Shown here piece by piece: positions 35,572 to 48,229 of a stretch of DNA of 64,000 bases. The notes under the pieces were generated by a model that saw nothing but the letters and a program-made list of their open reading frames with translations, did not search any database and had not been told where the DNA came from. The translations under genes and the position numbers were made by a program. Numbering within the stretch: position 1 is the first letter of the stretch; every line of letters begins with the position of its first letter. The DNA is from Malacoraja senta (lineage: Eukaryota): contig JAXLNO010001373.1 of the NCBI GenBank assembly GCA_038087875.1, forward strand, positions 62,001 through 126,000, given 5' to 3'.

Positions 35572-37518
35572 TATATTTCTAAAACTCTCTGGCTGTCGTC
35601 CGTCTGTACGTCTGTACGTCTGTACGTCCAACGTTCTGCTTGACTTGTCACGCCTTTGATACCGCCCGCGCCGCGCGGCGCGAGGAAACGCTGATATTTT
35701 TTAGCGTTTCTAAAGAGGTTACGTTTATCTTTACGAATAGACGATCCTGATTAAATTTGGTCGTGTTAGGTACGCTTTTTAAAATAAAATACCTCTCCCC
35801 CCCCAAACAAACATTTCAAAATGTTTTAAAAAGCAGCTCAGCCGTAGAATGTTAGTAAAGATTCCGTTGTGTGATGTCACAATGCACAATGGTCACAGAT
35901 GTCCAATCGGAATGGATCCATTTACATATGCCTTTTGCGGCGGCCCCAGCCCCGGCCCCTCCCCCACAACCCCCGCAGCATTGGGCATTGTGACATCACA
36001 AAACGGAACCTTCATTTACATTCTATTGCTGAGAGCTGTTTGTTTAACATTTTGAAATTTCCCCATTCCCTATCACCCCCACACACGTGGCGACGCCCTG
36101 CGACACGTGTGACAAATCGAAATGAATCCGTTTACATATGCCTTTGCAGCACCCACAGCCCAAGCCCCTAACCCCCAACCCCACAGCCTGTGTCGAAAGG
36201 CGTCGCCACGTGTGTGGGGGAATAGGGAATGGGGAAATTTCAAAATGTTAAAAAAAAAACAGCTCTCAGCAATAGAATGTTAATGAAGGTTCCGTTTTGT
36301 GATGTCACAATGCCCAATGCTCAAAGATGTCCAATCGAAATGAACCAATTTACATATGCCTTTGCAGCAGCAACAGCACCAGCCCCTCCCCCCACCCCCG
36401 CAGCCTGTGTCGAAGGGCGTTGTCACGTGTGTGGCAATAGTGAAAGAGGATTGGGGGTGATAGGGAATGGGTAACAGATGGACTGTCCCTACCCCTCCTA
36501 CTTCAACTCTCCCTCCCCACTCTTCCCCCTCTCTCCTCTCCCCCTCTCCCCTCCCACGCCCTCTCTTCCCCCTCCACCACCCCTCTTCAGCCCCATCTCC
36601 CACCCACCCCCTTCACCTCTCTCTTGCACACTCCCCGTTACCCCTCTGCCCCTCACTCCCACTGTTCCCCTCTCCCTCCCCCACCTCTCTCCTTCCCCCT
36701 CCCTCTCTCCCTCTCTTCCCCTACTCCTCTCCCCTTCCCCTCATCCCCTCCCCCCTCTCCCCCTTCCTGCCCTCCCGCCTCTCCTCCCCACTCCCCACTC
36801 TCCCCCCCTCCCTCTCACCCACCCTGATCTCCTCTCCCTCCCCAATCTCTCCCCTTTCCTCTTCCCCTCTCCCCTCCCTCCCCCTTCCTCTTCTCTCCCC
36901 ACCCCGTCTCCCTCTCTCCTCTTCTCTCCCCACCACGGCTTCCTCTCCCACCCCTCCCCCGCCTGTGTTTGGGGGGTGGTTAGGTGAGTGTGATGCCGCA
37001 GCCCCCCCCCCCCCACCCGCAAACGCACGTTGGGAAAACAGCCCGCCAACAGTCTCTCTGTCTTTAAGACAGAACTGCAGATGCTTGAAAATCAAAGGTA
37101 CACAAAAAAATGTTTCATAACCTCAGCGGGTGCAGCAGCATCTATGTATCAAAAGAAATAGACAACGTTTCGTGAAAAACCCGTCTGAGGATGGGTTTCC
37201 GCCAAAAGCATTGCCTATTTCCTTCACTCCATAGATGCTGTTGCACCCGCAGTGTTTCTCGAGTTTTATTGTGTGTACCAGTCTATCTGTCTCTCCCTCT
37301 CTCTCTCTCTCTGCCCTTCTCTCTTCACAGCCCGCGGCTCAACTCATGCACGCCTGTTCCAACCACCCCTTCACCTCTCTCCCCGATCCTCATCTTCCTC
37401 TCTCCACCCCGCTCCTCTCTCACCCTCCTCTCTCCCCACTTCCTCACCCCCCTTCCTCTCAACCCTCCTCCTCCCCCACCTCACATTTTTTTTTCTAACA
37501 TTAAAATTTTCTCTCTCT
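35572..37518 (+). mobile_element. Helitron-like unit H2, head-to-tail after H1, truncated by the gap
   Basis: Begins TATATTTCTAAAACTCTCTGG directly after the CTAG of H1 and has the same internal modules. Confidence 0.65.
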
Positions 37519-37718
37519 NNNNNNNNNNNNNNNNNNNNNNNNNNNNNNNNNNNNNNNNNNNNNNNNNNNNNNNNNNNNNNNNNNNNNNNNNNNNNNNNNN
37601 NNNNNNNNNNNNNNNNNNNNNNNNNNNNNNNNNNNNNNNNNNNNNNNNNNNNNNNNNNNNNNNNNNNNNNNNNNNNNNNNNNNNNNNNNNNNNNNNNNNN
37701 NNNNNNNNNNNNNNNNNN
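37519..37718. other. Assembly gap, exactly 200 N, at the orientation switch of the inverted duplication
   Basis: N-run counted; array units are + strand to the left and - strand to the right. Confidence 0.95.
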
Positions 37719-40700
37719 GAAGGGGGAGAAGGGAAGGGGGGAGAGAGAAGGAAGGGGGAGAGGAAGGGGAGAGAGAGGAGGGTGTGGAGAGAGGAAGGAG
37801 AGGATGTGGGAGATAGGTGAAGGGGGGGTTTTGAGCGGGTGTTCATGAGTTGAGCTGCGGGCTGTGAAGAGAGAAGGGCAGAGAGAGAGAGAGAGGGGAG
37901 AGACAGAGAGACTGGTACACCAAAAAAAGCTGGTGAAACTCAGCGGGTGCAGCAGCATCTATGGAGCGAAGGAAATAGGCAACGCTTTGGGTCGAAGCCC
38001 ATCCTCAGACTGGTTTTCTACCGAAACGTTGCCTATTTCCTTCGATCCATAGATGCTGCTGCACCCGCTGATGATATACAGTTTTTTTTTGTGTACCTTC
38101 GATTTTCCAGCATCTGCAGTTCCGTCTTTAAGACAGAGAGACTGTTGGCGGACTGTTTTCCCAACGCTCGTTTGCGGGAGGGGGGGTGGGCTGCGGCATC
38201 ACACTCACACTAACCACCCCCAAACACACACTAACCACCCCCAAACACACTCGAGGGGAGGGGGGAGAGAAGAGGGGAGAGGGAGACGGGGAGGGGAGAA
38301 GAGGACAGGGGGAGGGAGGGGAGAGGGGGAAGAGGAAAGGGGAGAGATTGGGGAGGGAGAGGAGATCAGGGTGGGTGAGAGGGAGGGGGAGGAGAGTTTG
38401 GAGTGGGAGGAGAGCGGGGAGGGCAGGAAGGGGGGTGGGGATGAGGGGAAGGGGAGAGGAGTAGGGGGAAGAGAGGGAGAGAGGGAGGGGGAGGGAGAGA
38501 GGTGGGAACAGTGGGGAGTGAGGGGCAGAGGGGTAGCAGGGAGTGGTGCAAGAGAGAGGTGAAGGGGGTGGGTGGGAGATGGGGGTGAATAGGGGTGGTG
38601 AAGGGGGAAGGGAGGGGGGGAGGGGAGAGGGGGATGAGTGGGGAGGGAGAGTTGAAATAGGAGGGGTAGGACAGTCCATCTGTTTCCCATTCCCTATCAC
38701 CCCAATCCTCTTTCTCTATTGCCACACACGTGACGACGCCCTTCGACACAGGCTGCGGGGTTGGGGGGGAGGGGCTTGGGCTGGGGCTGCTGCAAAGGCA
38801 TATGTAAACGGATTCATTCCGATTTGTCACACGTGTCGCAGGGCGTCGCCACGTGTGTGGGGGTGATAGGGAATGGGGACATTTCAAAATGTTAAACAAA
38901 CAGCTCTCAGCAATAGAATGTAAATGAAGGTTCCGTTTTGTGATGTCACAATGCCCAATGCTGCGGGGGTTGGGGAGGGAGGGGCTGGGGCTGCTGCCAA
39001 GGCATATGTAAATGGATCCATTCCGATTGGACATCTGTGACCATTGTGCATTGTGACATCACACAACGGAATCTTTACTAACATTCTACGGCTGAGCTGT
39101 TTTTTTAAACATTTTGAAATGTTTGGTTTGGAGGGGGGGAGAGGTATTTTATTTTAAAAGCGTACATAAACACGACCGAATTTAATCGGGATCGTCTATT
39201 CGTAAAGATAAACGTAACCTCTTTAGAAACGGTAAAAAATATCGGCGTTTCCGCGCGCCGCGCGGGCGCGGGGCGGTATCAAAGGCGGCGTACGGACGCA
39301 CAGACGTACAGACGTACAGACGTACAGACGGACGACAGCCAGAGAGTTTTAAAAGTATACTAGACCAAGTGCAGACCCGTTGGGTCTGGACACCGAACGT
39401 GTGTTTGTGGGGGGGGGAGGGAAGGCTGTGGCATCACACTAATCACCCCCTTTCCTCCAAAGCACGTAATCCGGCACCCACAAACACACAAACTCATCAC
39501 ACCCCTTGATATTATTTTAATTTTTAAATTTGCTTCTTTTATCCCATCTCCACCCTATCCACTGACGAATAGCCCTCACCTCTCAGATGCGTCTAGAGGT
39601 GTTGGGGCAGAGGGAAAATTTAATGTTAGAAAAAAAAATTTGAAGAGGGGGAGGAGGAGGGTCGAGAGGAAGGGGGAGAGAGGAGAGGGGTGGAGAGAGG
39701 AAAGAGAGGATGGGGTGAGAGGTGAAGGGGGGGGTTGGAGCGGGCGTGCATGAGTCGAGTTGCGGGCTGTGAAGAGAGAAGGGCAGAGAGAGAGAGAGAG
39801 AGATGGGAGAGACAGAGAGACTGGTACACAAAAAAAAGCTTGAGAAACACAGCAGGTGCAGCAGCATCTATTGAGCGAAGGAAATAGGCAACGCTTTGGG
39901 CCGAAGCCCATCCTCAGACTGGTTTTCTACCGAAACGTTGCCTATTTACTTCGATCCATAGATGCTGCTGCACCCGCTGATGATATACAGGGTTTTTTTG
40001 TGTACCTTCGATTTTCCAGCATCTGTAGTTCCGTCTTAAAGACAGAGAGACTGTTGGCGGGCTGTTTTCCCAACGCGCGTTTGCGGGAGGGGGGGTGGGA
40101 TGCGGCATCACACTCACACTAACCACCCCCCAAACTCACACTAACCACCCCCAAACACACTCGGGGGATGGGGTGAGGGGGGGAGAGGAAGACGGGGTGG
40201 GGAGAGGAAGACGGGGTGGGGAGAGAAGAGGAGAGGGGGAAGGAGGGTGGAGAGGAAGGGGGAGAGAGGAGAGGGGTGGAGAGAGGAAAGAGAGGATGGG
40301 GGAGAGAGGTGAAGGGGGGGGGGGTTGGAGCGAGCGTGCATGAGTTGAGCCGCGGGCTGTGAAGAGAGAAGGGCAGAGAGAGAGAGAGAGAGACTGGTAC
40401 ACAAAAAAAAGCTGGAGAAACACAGCGGGTGCAGCAGCATCTATGGAGCGAAGGAAATAGGCAACGCTTTGGGTCGAAGCCCATCCTCAGAATGGTTTTC
40501 TACCGAAACGTTGCATATTTTCTTTGATCCATAGATGCTGCTGAACCCGCTGATGATATACAGTTTTTATTTGTGTACCTTCGATTTTCCAGCATCTGCA
40601 GTTCCGTCTTAAAGACAGAGACTGTTGGCGGGCTGTTTTCCCAACGCGTGTTTGCGGGAGGGGGGGCTGCGGCATCCCACTCACACTAACCACCCCCCAA

Positions 40701-43700
40701 ACTCACACTAACCACCCCCAAACACACTCGGGGGGGAGGGGAGGGAGAGGAAGACGGGGTGGGGAGAGAAGAGGGGAGAGGGAGACGGGGTGGGGAGAGG
40801 GGGTGGGAGGGGAGAGGGGGAAGAGGAAAGGGGAGAGATCGGGGAGGGAGAGGAGATCAGGGTGGGTGAGAGGGAGGGGGAGGAGAGTTTGGAGTGGGAG
40901 GAGAGCGGGGAGGGCAGGAAGGGGGGAGAGGGGGGAGGGGATGAGGGGAAGGGGAGAGGAGTAGCGGGAAGAGAGGGAGAGAGGGAGGGGAGGGAGAGAG
41001 GTGGGGGAGGGAGAGGGGAACAGTGGGGAGTGAGGGGCAGAGGGGTAGTGGGGAGTGGTGCAAGAGAGAGGTGAAGGGGGTGGGGGGGAGATGGGGGTGA
41101 AGAGGGGTGGTGGAGGGGGAAGAGAGGGGGTGGGAGGGGAGGGAGGGGGAGAGGAGAGAGGGGGAAGAGTGGGGAGGGAGAGTTGAAGTAGGAGGGGTAG
41201 GGACAGTCCATCTGTTTCCCATTCCCTATCACCCCCAATCCTCTTTCTCTATTGCCACAAACGTGACGACGCCCTTCGACACAGGCTGCGGGGGAGGGGC
41301 TGGGGCTGTGGCTGCTGCAAAGGCATATGTAAATGGATTCATTCCGATTGGACATCTGTGAGCATTGTGCATTGTGACATCACACAACGGAATCTTTACT
41401 AACATTCTATGGCTGAGCTGTTTTTTTTAACATTTTGAAATGTTTGGTTTGGGGGGGAGAGGTATTTTATTTTAAAAAGTGTACATAAACACGACCAAAT
41501 TTAATCAGGATTGTCTATTCGTAAAGATAAACGTAATCTCTTTAGAAACGGTAAAAAATATTGGCGTTTCCGCATGCTGTGTGGGCCTAGAGCGGTATCA
41601 AAGGGGATTTGTGACACATCAGGCGGATGGCAGACACAAGTCAGGCAGACCAAGTGCAGACCCGTTGGGTCTGGACACCGAACGTGCGTTTGGGGCGGGG
41701 GGCTGTGACGTCACACTAACCACCTGTTGGGTCTATACCTCCAAAGCAGGGTTGCGGGGTGTGAATCTGGCACCCACAAACACACACACTCATCACACCC
41801 CTTGATATTATATTAATATTTTAATTTTCTTCTTTTATTCCATCTCCACCCTATCCACTGACGAATAGCCATCACCTCTCAGGTGCGTCTCGAGGGGGGG
41901 GGGTGCAGAGAGAGAAAATTTAATGTTAGAAAAAAAATGTGAGGTGGGGGAGGAGGAGGGTTGAGAGGAAGGGGGGTGAGGAAGGTGGGGAGAGAGGAGG
42001 GTGAGAGAGGAGCGGGGTGGAGAGAGGAAGATGAGGATCGGGGAGAGAGGTGAAGGGGGTGGGTTGGAACAGGCGTGCATGAGTTGAGCCGCGGGCTGTG
42101 AAGAGAGAAGGGCAGAGAGAATCACAAAACGGAACCTTCATTAACATTCTATTGCTGAGAGCTGTTTTTTTTTTACATTTTGAAATTTCCCCATTCCCTA
42201 TTCCCCCACACACGTGGCGACGCCTTTCGATACAGGCTGTGGGGTTGGGGGGTAGGGGCTTGGGCTGTGGGTGCTGCAAAGGCATATGTAAACGGATTCA
42301 TTTCGATTTGTCACACGTGTCGCAGGGCGTCGCCACGTGTGTGGGGGTGATAGGGAATGGGGAAATTTCAAAATGTTAAACAAACAGCTCTCAGCAATAG
42401 AATGTAAATGAAGGTTCCGTTTTGTGATGTCACAATGCCCAATGCTGCGGGGGTTGGGGGGGAGGGGCCGGGGCTGGGGCCGCCGCAAAGGCATATGTAA
42501 ATGGATCCATTCCGATTGGACATCTGTGACCATTGTGCATTGTGACATCACACAACGGAATCTTTACTAACATTTTACGGCTGAGCTGCTTTTTAAAACA
42601 TTTTGAAATGTTTGGTTTGGGGGGGGGAAGAGGTATTTTATTTTAAAAAGCGTACCTAAACACGACCAAATTTAATCAGGATCGTCTATTCGTAAAGATA
42701 AACGTAACCTCTTTAGAAACGCTAAAAAATATCGGCGTTTCCTCGCGCCGCGCGGGCGCGGGCGGTATCAAAGGCGTGACAAGTCAAGCAGAACGTTGGA
42801 TGTACAGACGTACAGACGTACAGACGGACGACAGCCAGAGAGTTTTAGAAATATACTAGACCAAGTGCAGACCCGTTGGGTCTGGACACCGAACGTGCGT
42901 TTGGGGCGGGGGGCTGTGACGTCACACTAACCACCCGTTGGGTCTGTACCTCCAAAGCAGGGTTGCGGGGTGTGAATCTGGCACCCACAAACACACACAC
43001 TCATCACACCCCTTGATATTATATTAATATTTTAATTTTCTTCTTTTTTTCCATCTCCACCCCTATCCACTGACGAATAGCCCTCACCTCTCAGGTACGT
43101 CTCGAAGGGGGGGTGGTGCAGAGAGAGAAAATTTAATGTTAGAAAAAAAATTGTGAGGTGGGGGAGGGGTAGGAGGAGGGTTGAGAGGAAGGGGGGTGAG
43201 GAAGGTGGGGAGAGAGGAGGGTGAGAGAGGAGAGGGGTGGAGAGAGGAAGAAGTGGATGGGGAGAGAGGTGAAGGGGGTGGGTTGGAGAAGGCGTGCATG
43301 AGTTGAGTCGCGGGCTGTGAAGAGAGAAGGGCAGAGAGAGAGAGAGAGAGAGAGGGAGAGACAGATAGACTGGTACACACAATAAAACTCGAGAAACACT
43401 GCGGGTGCAGCAGCATCTATGGAGTGAAGGAAATAGGCAATGCTTTTGGCGGAAACCCATCCTCAGACGGGTTTTCACGAAATGTTGTCTATTTCTTTTG
43501 ATACATAGATGCTGCTGCACCCGCTGAGGTTATGAAGCATTTTTTTGTGTACCTTTGATTTTCAAGCATCTGCAGTTCTGTCTTAAAGACAGAGAGACTG
43601 TTGGCGGGCTGTTTTCCCAACGCGCGTTTGCGGGAGGGGGAGGGCTGCGGCATCACACTCACACTAACCACCCCCCAAACACAGGCGGGGGGAGGGGTGG

Positions 43701-46110
43701 AGAGGAAGACGGGGTGGGGAGAGAAGAGGGGAGAGGGAGACGGGGGGGAGAGAAGAGGAGAGGGGGAGGGGAGGGGAGAGGGGGAGGAGGAAAGGGGAGA
43801 AATTGGTGAGGGAGAAGAGAGCAGGGTGGAGGAGAGGGAGGGGGAGGAGAGTTGTAGGAGAGCGGGGAGGGCAGGAAGTGGGGAGAGGGGGGAGGGGATG
43901 TTAGAGGTGGGAGAGAGGGGATGAGGGGAAGGGGAGAGGAGTAGGGGGAAGAGAGGGAGAGAAGGAGGGGGGAGGGATAGAGGTGGGGGAGGGAGAATGG
44001 AAGAGTGGGGAGAGAAAAGGGAGGGGGAGAGGGGTGGGGGAGGGGGTTGTGGAGGGAGATGGGGATGGGTTTGGGAGTTAAGTGGAAGAATGGGGAGGGA
44101 GATGGAGAGGTGTAGGGGGAGTGGTGGAAGTGGGAGAGAGGGAGGGGGAGAGGTGTAGGGGGAGTGTTTGAAGAGGGATAGCGGGGTGGGGGGAAGGGGA
44201 CGGGGTGAGAGAGGGAAGGGGATGTGGGAGAGAGTAATGGGGGTGGGAGGAGGAGGGGGATGAGAGGAGAGGGGTGAGGAGAAGGGGATGGAGAGGGGGA
44301 GGAGAGAGGGGTGGGTAAGGCGAGGAGAAGGCTAGAGAGGTGTGGGGGAGGGTGGAGGGTGGCGACGGGGTTGGGAGAGAAGAGGGGGGAGGGGGGGAGG
44401 GGAGACGGGGTGGGGAGAGAAGAGGGGGAGGGGAGGGAGGAGAGAGGGGGAGGAGGAAAGGGGAGAGATTGGTGAGGGAGAAGAGAGCAGGGTGGGGGGA
44501 GAGGGACGGGGAGGAGAGTGGGGAGTGGGAGGAGAGCGGGGAGGGCAGGAAGGGGGGAGGGGGGGAGGGGGATGTTAGAGGTGGAGAGAGGGGATGAGGG
44601 GAAGGGGAGAGGAGTAGGGGGAAGAGAGGGAGAGAGGGAGGGGGGAGGGATAGAGGTGGGGGAGGGAGAGGGGAAGAGTGGTGAGTGAGGGGTAGCGGGA
44701 GTGGTGCAAGAGAGAGGGAAGGGGGTAGGGGGAGATGGGGGTGAAGAGGGGTGGTGGAGGGGGAAGAGAGGGTGTGGGAGGGGAGGGAGGGGGAGAGGAG
44801 AGTGGGGGAAGAGTGGGGAGGGAGAGTTGAAGTAGGAGGGGTAGGGACAGTCCATCTGTTTCCCATTCCCTATCACCCCCAATCCTCTTTCTCTATTGCC
44901 ACACACGTGACGACGCCCTTCGACACAGGCCGCGGGGGTGGGGGGGAGGGGCTGGGGCTGGGGCTGCTGCCAAGGCATATGTAAACGGATTCATTTCGAT
45001 TGGATATCTTTGAGCATTGGGCATTGTGACATCACAAAACGGAACCTTCATTAACATTCTATTGCTGAGAGCTGTTTTTTTAACATTTTGAAATGTCCCC
45101 ATTCCCTATCCCCCCACACACGTGGCGACGCCCTTCGACACAGGCTGTGGGGTTGGGGGGGAGGGGCTGGGGCTGGGGCTGGGGCTGCTGCCAAGGCATA
45201 TCTAAATGAATCCATTCCCATTGGACATCTGTTAGCATCGGGCATTGTGACATCACACAACGGAATCTTTACTAACATTCTGTGGCTGAGCTGTTTTTTT
45301 AATCATTTTGAAATGTTTGGGGGTGGGGGGGGGAGAAGTATTTTATTTTTAAAAGTGTACATAAAAACGACCAAATTTAATCAGGGTTGTCTATTCGTAA
45401 AGATAAACGTAATCACAGGCTGCGGGGTTGGGGGGGAGGGGCTGGGGCTGGGGCTGCTGCAAAGGCATATGTAAACGGATCATTCCGATTTGTCACACGT
45501 GTCGCAGGGCGTCGCCACGTGTGTGGGGGTGATGGGGAATGGGGACATTTCAAAATGTTAAACAAACAGCTCTCAGCAATAGAATGTAAATGAAGGTTCC
45601 GTTTTGTGATGTCACATTGCCCAATGCTGCGGGGGTTGGGGGGGAGGGGCCGGGCTGGGGCCGCCGCAAAGGCATATGTAAATGGATCCATTCCGATTGG
45701 ACATCTGTGACCATTGTGCATTGTGACATCACACAACGGAATCTTTACTAACATTCTACGGCTGAGCTGTTTTTTTTAAACATTTTGAAATGATTGGTTT
45801 GGGGGGGGAGAGGTATTTTATTTTAAAAAGCGTACCTAAACACGACCAAATTTAATCAGGATCGTCTATTCGTAAAGATAAACGTAACCTGTTTAGAAAC
45901 GGTAAAAAATATCGGCGTTTCCGCGCGCCGCGCGGGCGTGGGGCGGTATCAAAGGCGGGACAAGTCAAGCAGAACGTTGGACGTACAGACGTACAGACGT
46001 ACAGACGTACAGACGTACAGACGGACGGCAGCCAGAGAGTTTTAAAAGTATATAGATAGATATATAGATAGATAGATAGAATATAGATATAGATAGATAG
46101 ATATGATAGA
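37719..46110 (-). mobile_element. Four head-to-tail Helitron-like units on the minus strand (about 37719-39359, 39360-41640, 41644-42855, 42856-46110)
   Basis: Junctions ...AGAGAGTTTT(A/T)..TATA-CTAG-ACCAAGTGCAGACCCGTTGGGTCTG at 39360 and 42856. A variant, truncated junction lies near 41644. The unit at 42856-46110 mirrors H1; the unit at 41644-42855 is H2 with an internal deletion of about 1 kb (junction near 42120). Confidence 0.68.
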
Positions 46111-46669
46111 TGTTTCTATAGAGAACCCCATTAAAATCGAAAACACTTCAGTAAGACCCAACTTTCACCACATTAACTGAAGGCAACTTAAATCAATTTG
46201 TGACTTTTAACCTTGATGGTAATTAAGGTAAGAATGAGGTTGAGTGATTGGTTAGTGACAGATGCCCTCTCTCTGATATCATAGTGACCGATCTCTGAAG
46301 GATGTGGTCAGGGAATGCGAGTTTCATCTTGATCACTATTGTCCAATCCCCAACAATTCATGGAACAGCTTTAGTTGGAAATATCAGAGACAATATCTGA
46401 AACCAAGGTGGGCTAATGAATTAGAAATAAACTTGCACTGGATCCCTTCACCCGGATTAAATACTCAGCATTACCAGGATTACAAGGACGTGTGTTCAAA
46501 GCCAAATGATCCGACTCGGTGATGGGTGTTAATTTACTCTCTGAAGCAAACTCGTAGTCAGACTGAACTCTGTCGGCCCATCTCCACGCTTGTCGTTCCT
46601 GCCTGAATCCTCACCATTTCTGCAGCAGTTGACAGATATCACATGGTGCAGATGCGCCATTGTCAACAG

Positions 46670-46726
46670 TTACTGGAACGTACCTCGGAGATGGTCGTAG
46701 ATGGACTGAGTGGGTCTTTGCTAATC
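46670..46726 (-). pseudogene. Terminal ITAM exon, right copy (same TAG)
   Basis: Reverse complement of 31780-31836, with the stop TAG at 46721-46723. Confidence 0.78.
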
Positions 46727-46817
46727 CTAGCAGAAAACAAAGAAAAATTGGAAACAGCAGCTTAGCAACTCGTGTCCAGCGAAACGCTTTAACGTTTTAA
46801 ATGTGACTTTTTCTTAC

Positions 46818-46859
46818 CATGTAGATGGCGTTTGGATCTGCCTGGTGATCTCCTGAATT
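46818..46859 (-). CDS. Cytoplasmic exon 2, right copy
   Basis: Reverse complement of 31648-31689 with intact splice sites. Confidence 0.76.
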
Positions 46860-48229
46860 CTACAACACAATTAAACAGTTACTTTGGTCAAAAAGCTGGC
46901 TTCAGAATTCACTGCAGTCACCATGGCCACTCGTGTTATTGAAAACTACAAAGTCAGGTGTCAAGTGCACAGAAGGAAGTGGAGGTTATTGTAAAGTTAA
47001 GCAAAAGATTGCAGTCACTGCAAATAATTGACAGAGGATCAGGAAGATGAAAGGAACAGAATGCTGGGCACTTCACACAAACCCCATTGGCAGGGGGTGT
47101 TGAGCAGCCTGAGAACAGACTTTGTTTCCCCATCTCTGAAACTCCCAGTCAGTCTGTGGTCGGGCAACTGAAGGGAAAGAGGAAATAAATCGGAGCAGAT
47201 GGTCTGAAAGATTGTAGCAGGAATCCTGGCAGTTCCATTCATTGTTCAGGAGAACGTACTGAATATTTTCAGTGTGATGATGAGAGATGCTGGAACTACA
47301 CTCATAAGAAAAATATAATGTCTCCACACACTGAAACGACTGCTATCTTTAATCTGGGACACACACTCCATGGAAATGGGAACAGCAAGCACACACACAT
47401 ACACCACACACATTCCATGTCACGGAGGAGTCAGCAGTTTCAGCGGAGCTGAAGTACTAAGAATGATTATCATCAAAGTCATGGGGACAGATTTTTGAAA
47501 GGATTCTGAAACCATATTAAACAAGAACCTGCCTTTACTGTGATTAAACACTCCAAGGAGCTTGAAGTGGACATTATCAGACAACAGTTGAAGTAGTTGT
47601 GCTAATGGTGGAGCTGATGGCCAAATGTTTGGCCAGAGAGGATGGTTCTGAGCAGACAAAAGCAGGAGAGATCCAGAGGTTGAACTCCTCTCAGGTTAAA
47701 CAGCTGAAGGTGAACCTTCAGTGGATTGTTAGACCTGGTAGTGTTCTCACACGCCTGCTCACGAGCAGTGAATGTCCCACTCTCCGTCAACAGATGCACC
47801 ATGTACATTTACAAATCATAAAGACATTGCGACAATACCCAATGATCCACAAAGCCAGTGGAGTAAATACCTGATGGGAAGCTAATAGCGCACCAACAGG
47901 GAGAGGGATCCCAGCACAGGTCTGCTTATCCCAGAAAACCATTAGAACTCACTGGGACACTGCAGAGAATCGCACCGGCAGCCTGAGTGACGTCATCAGA
48001 CCTGCGGCTCCGGAGTATAATGTCGGTAAAACACTCCCCCTCAAAGGGAGCGACTAAAAAACCCGGAAAAAAACTCCGGTGGAAGAAGTAGGCCTGACTG
48101 AAGCCTCGGGCTCAGTTTCAACGTCATCCCAGGAGGATGTCTCAAAGGTTCCAGAAGCCAAAGGCAAAGAAAACTGAAATGGAAGAGCTTTGCATCTTTA
48201 TCACCAAGGAAATGGCAAGTGTTACTAAA

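Noticed and set aside
33500-45100. Many Pro/Ser/Leu-rich and Gly/Arg/Glu-rich ORFs (extensin-like, for example 33616-34773 and 43659-44978)
   Set aside because: These are artefacts of C/T-only or G/A-only tracts lacking stop codons; they are open in several frames at once.
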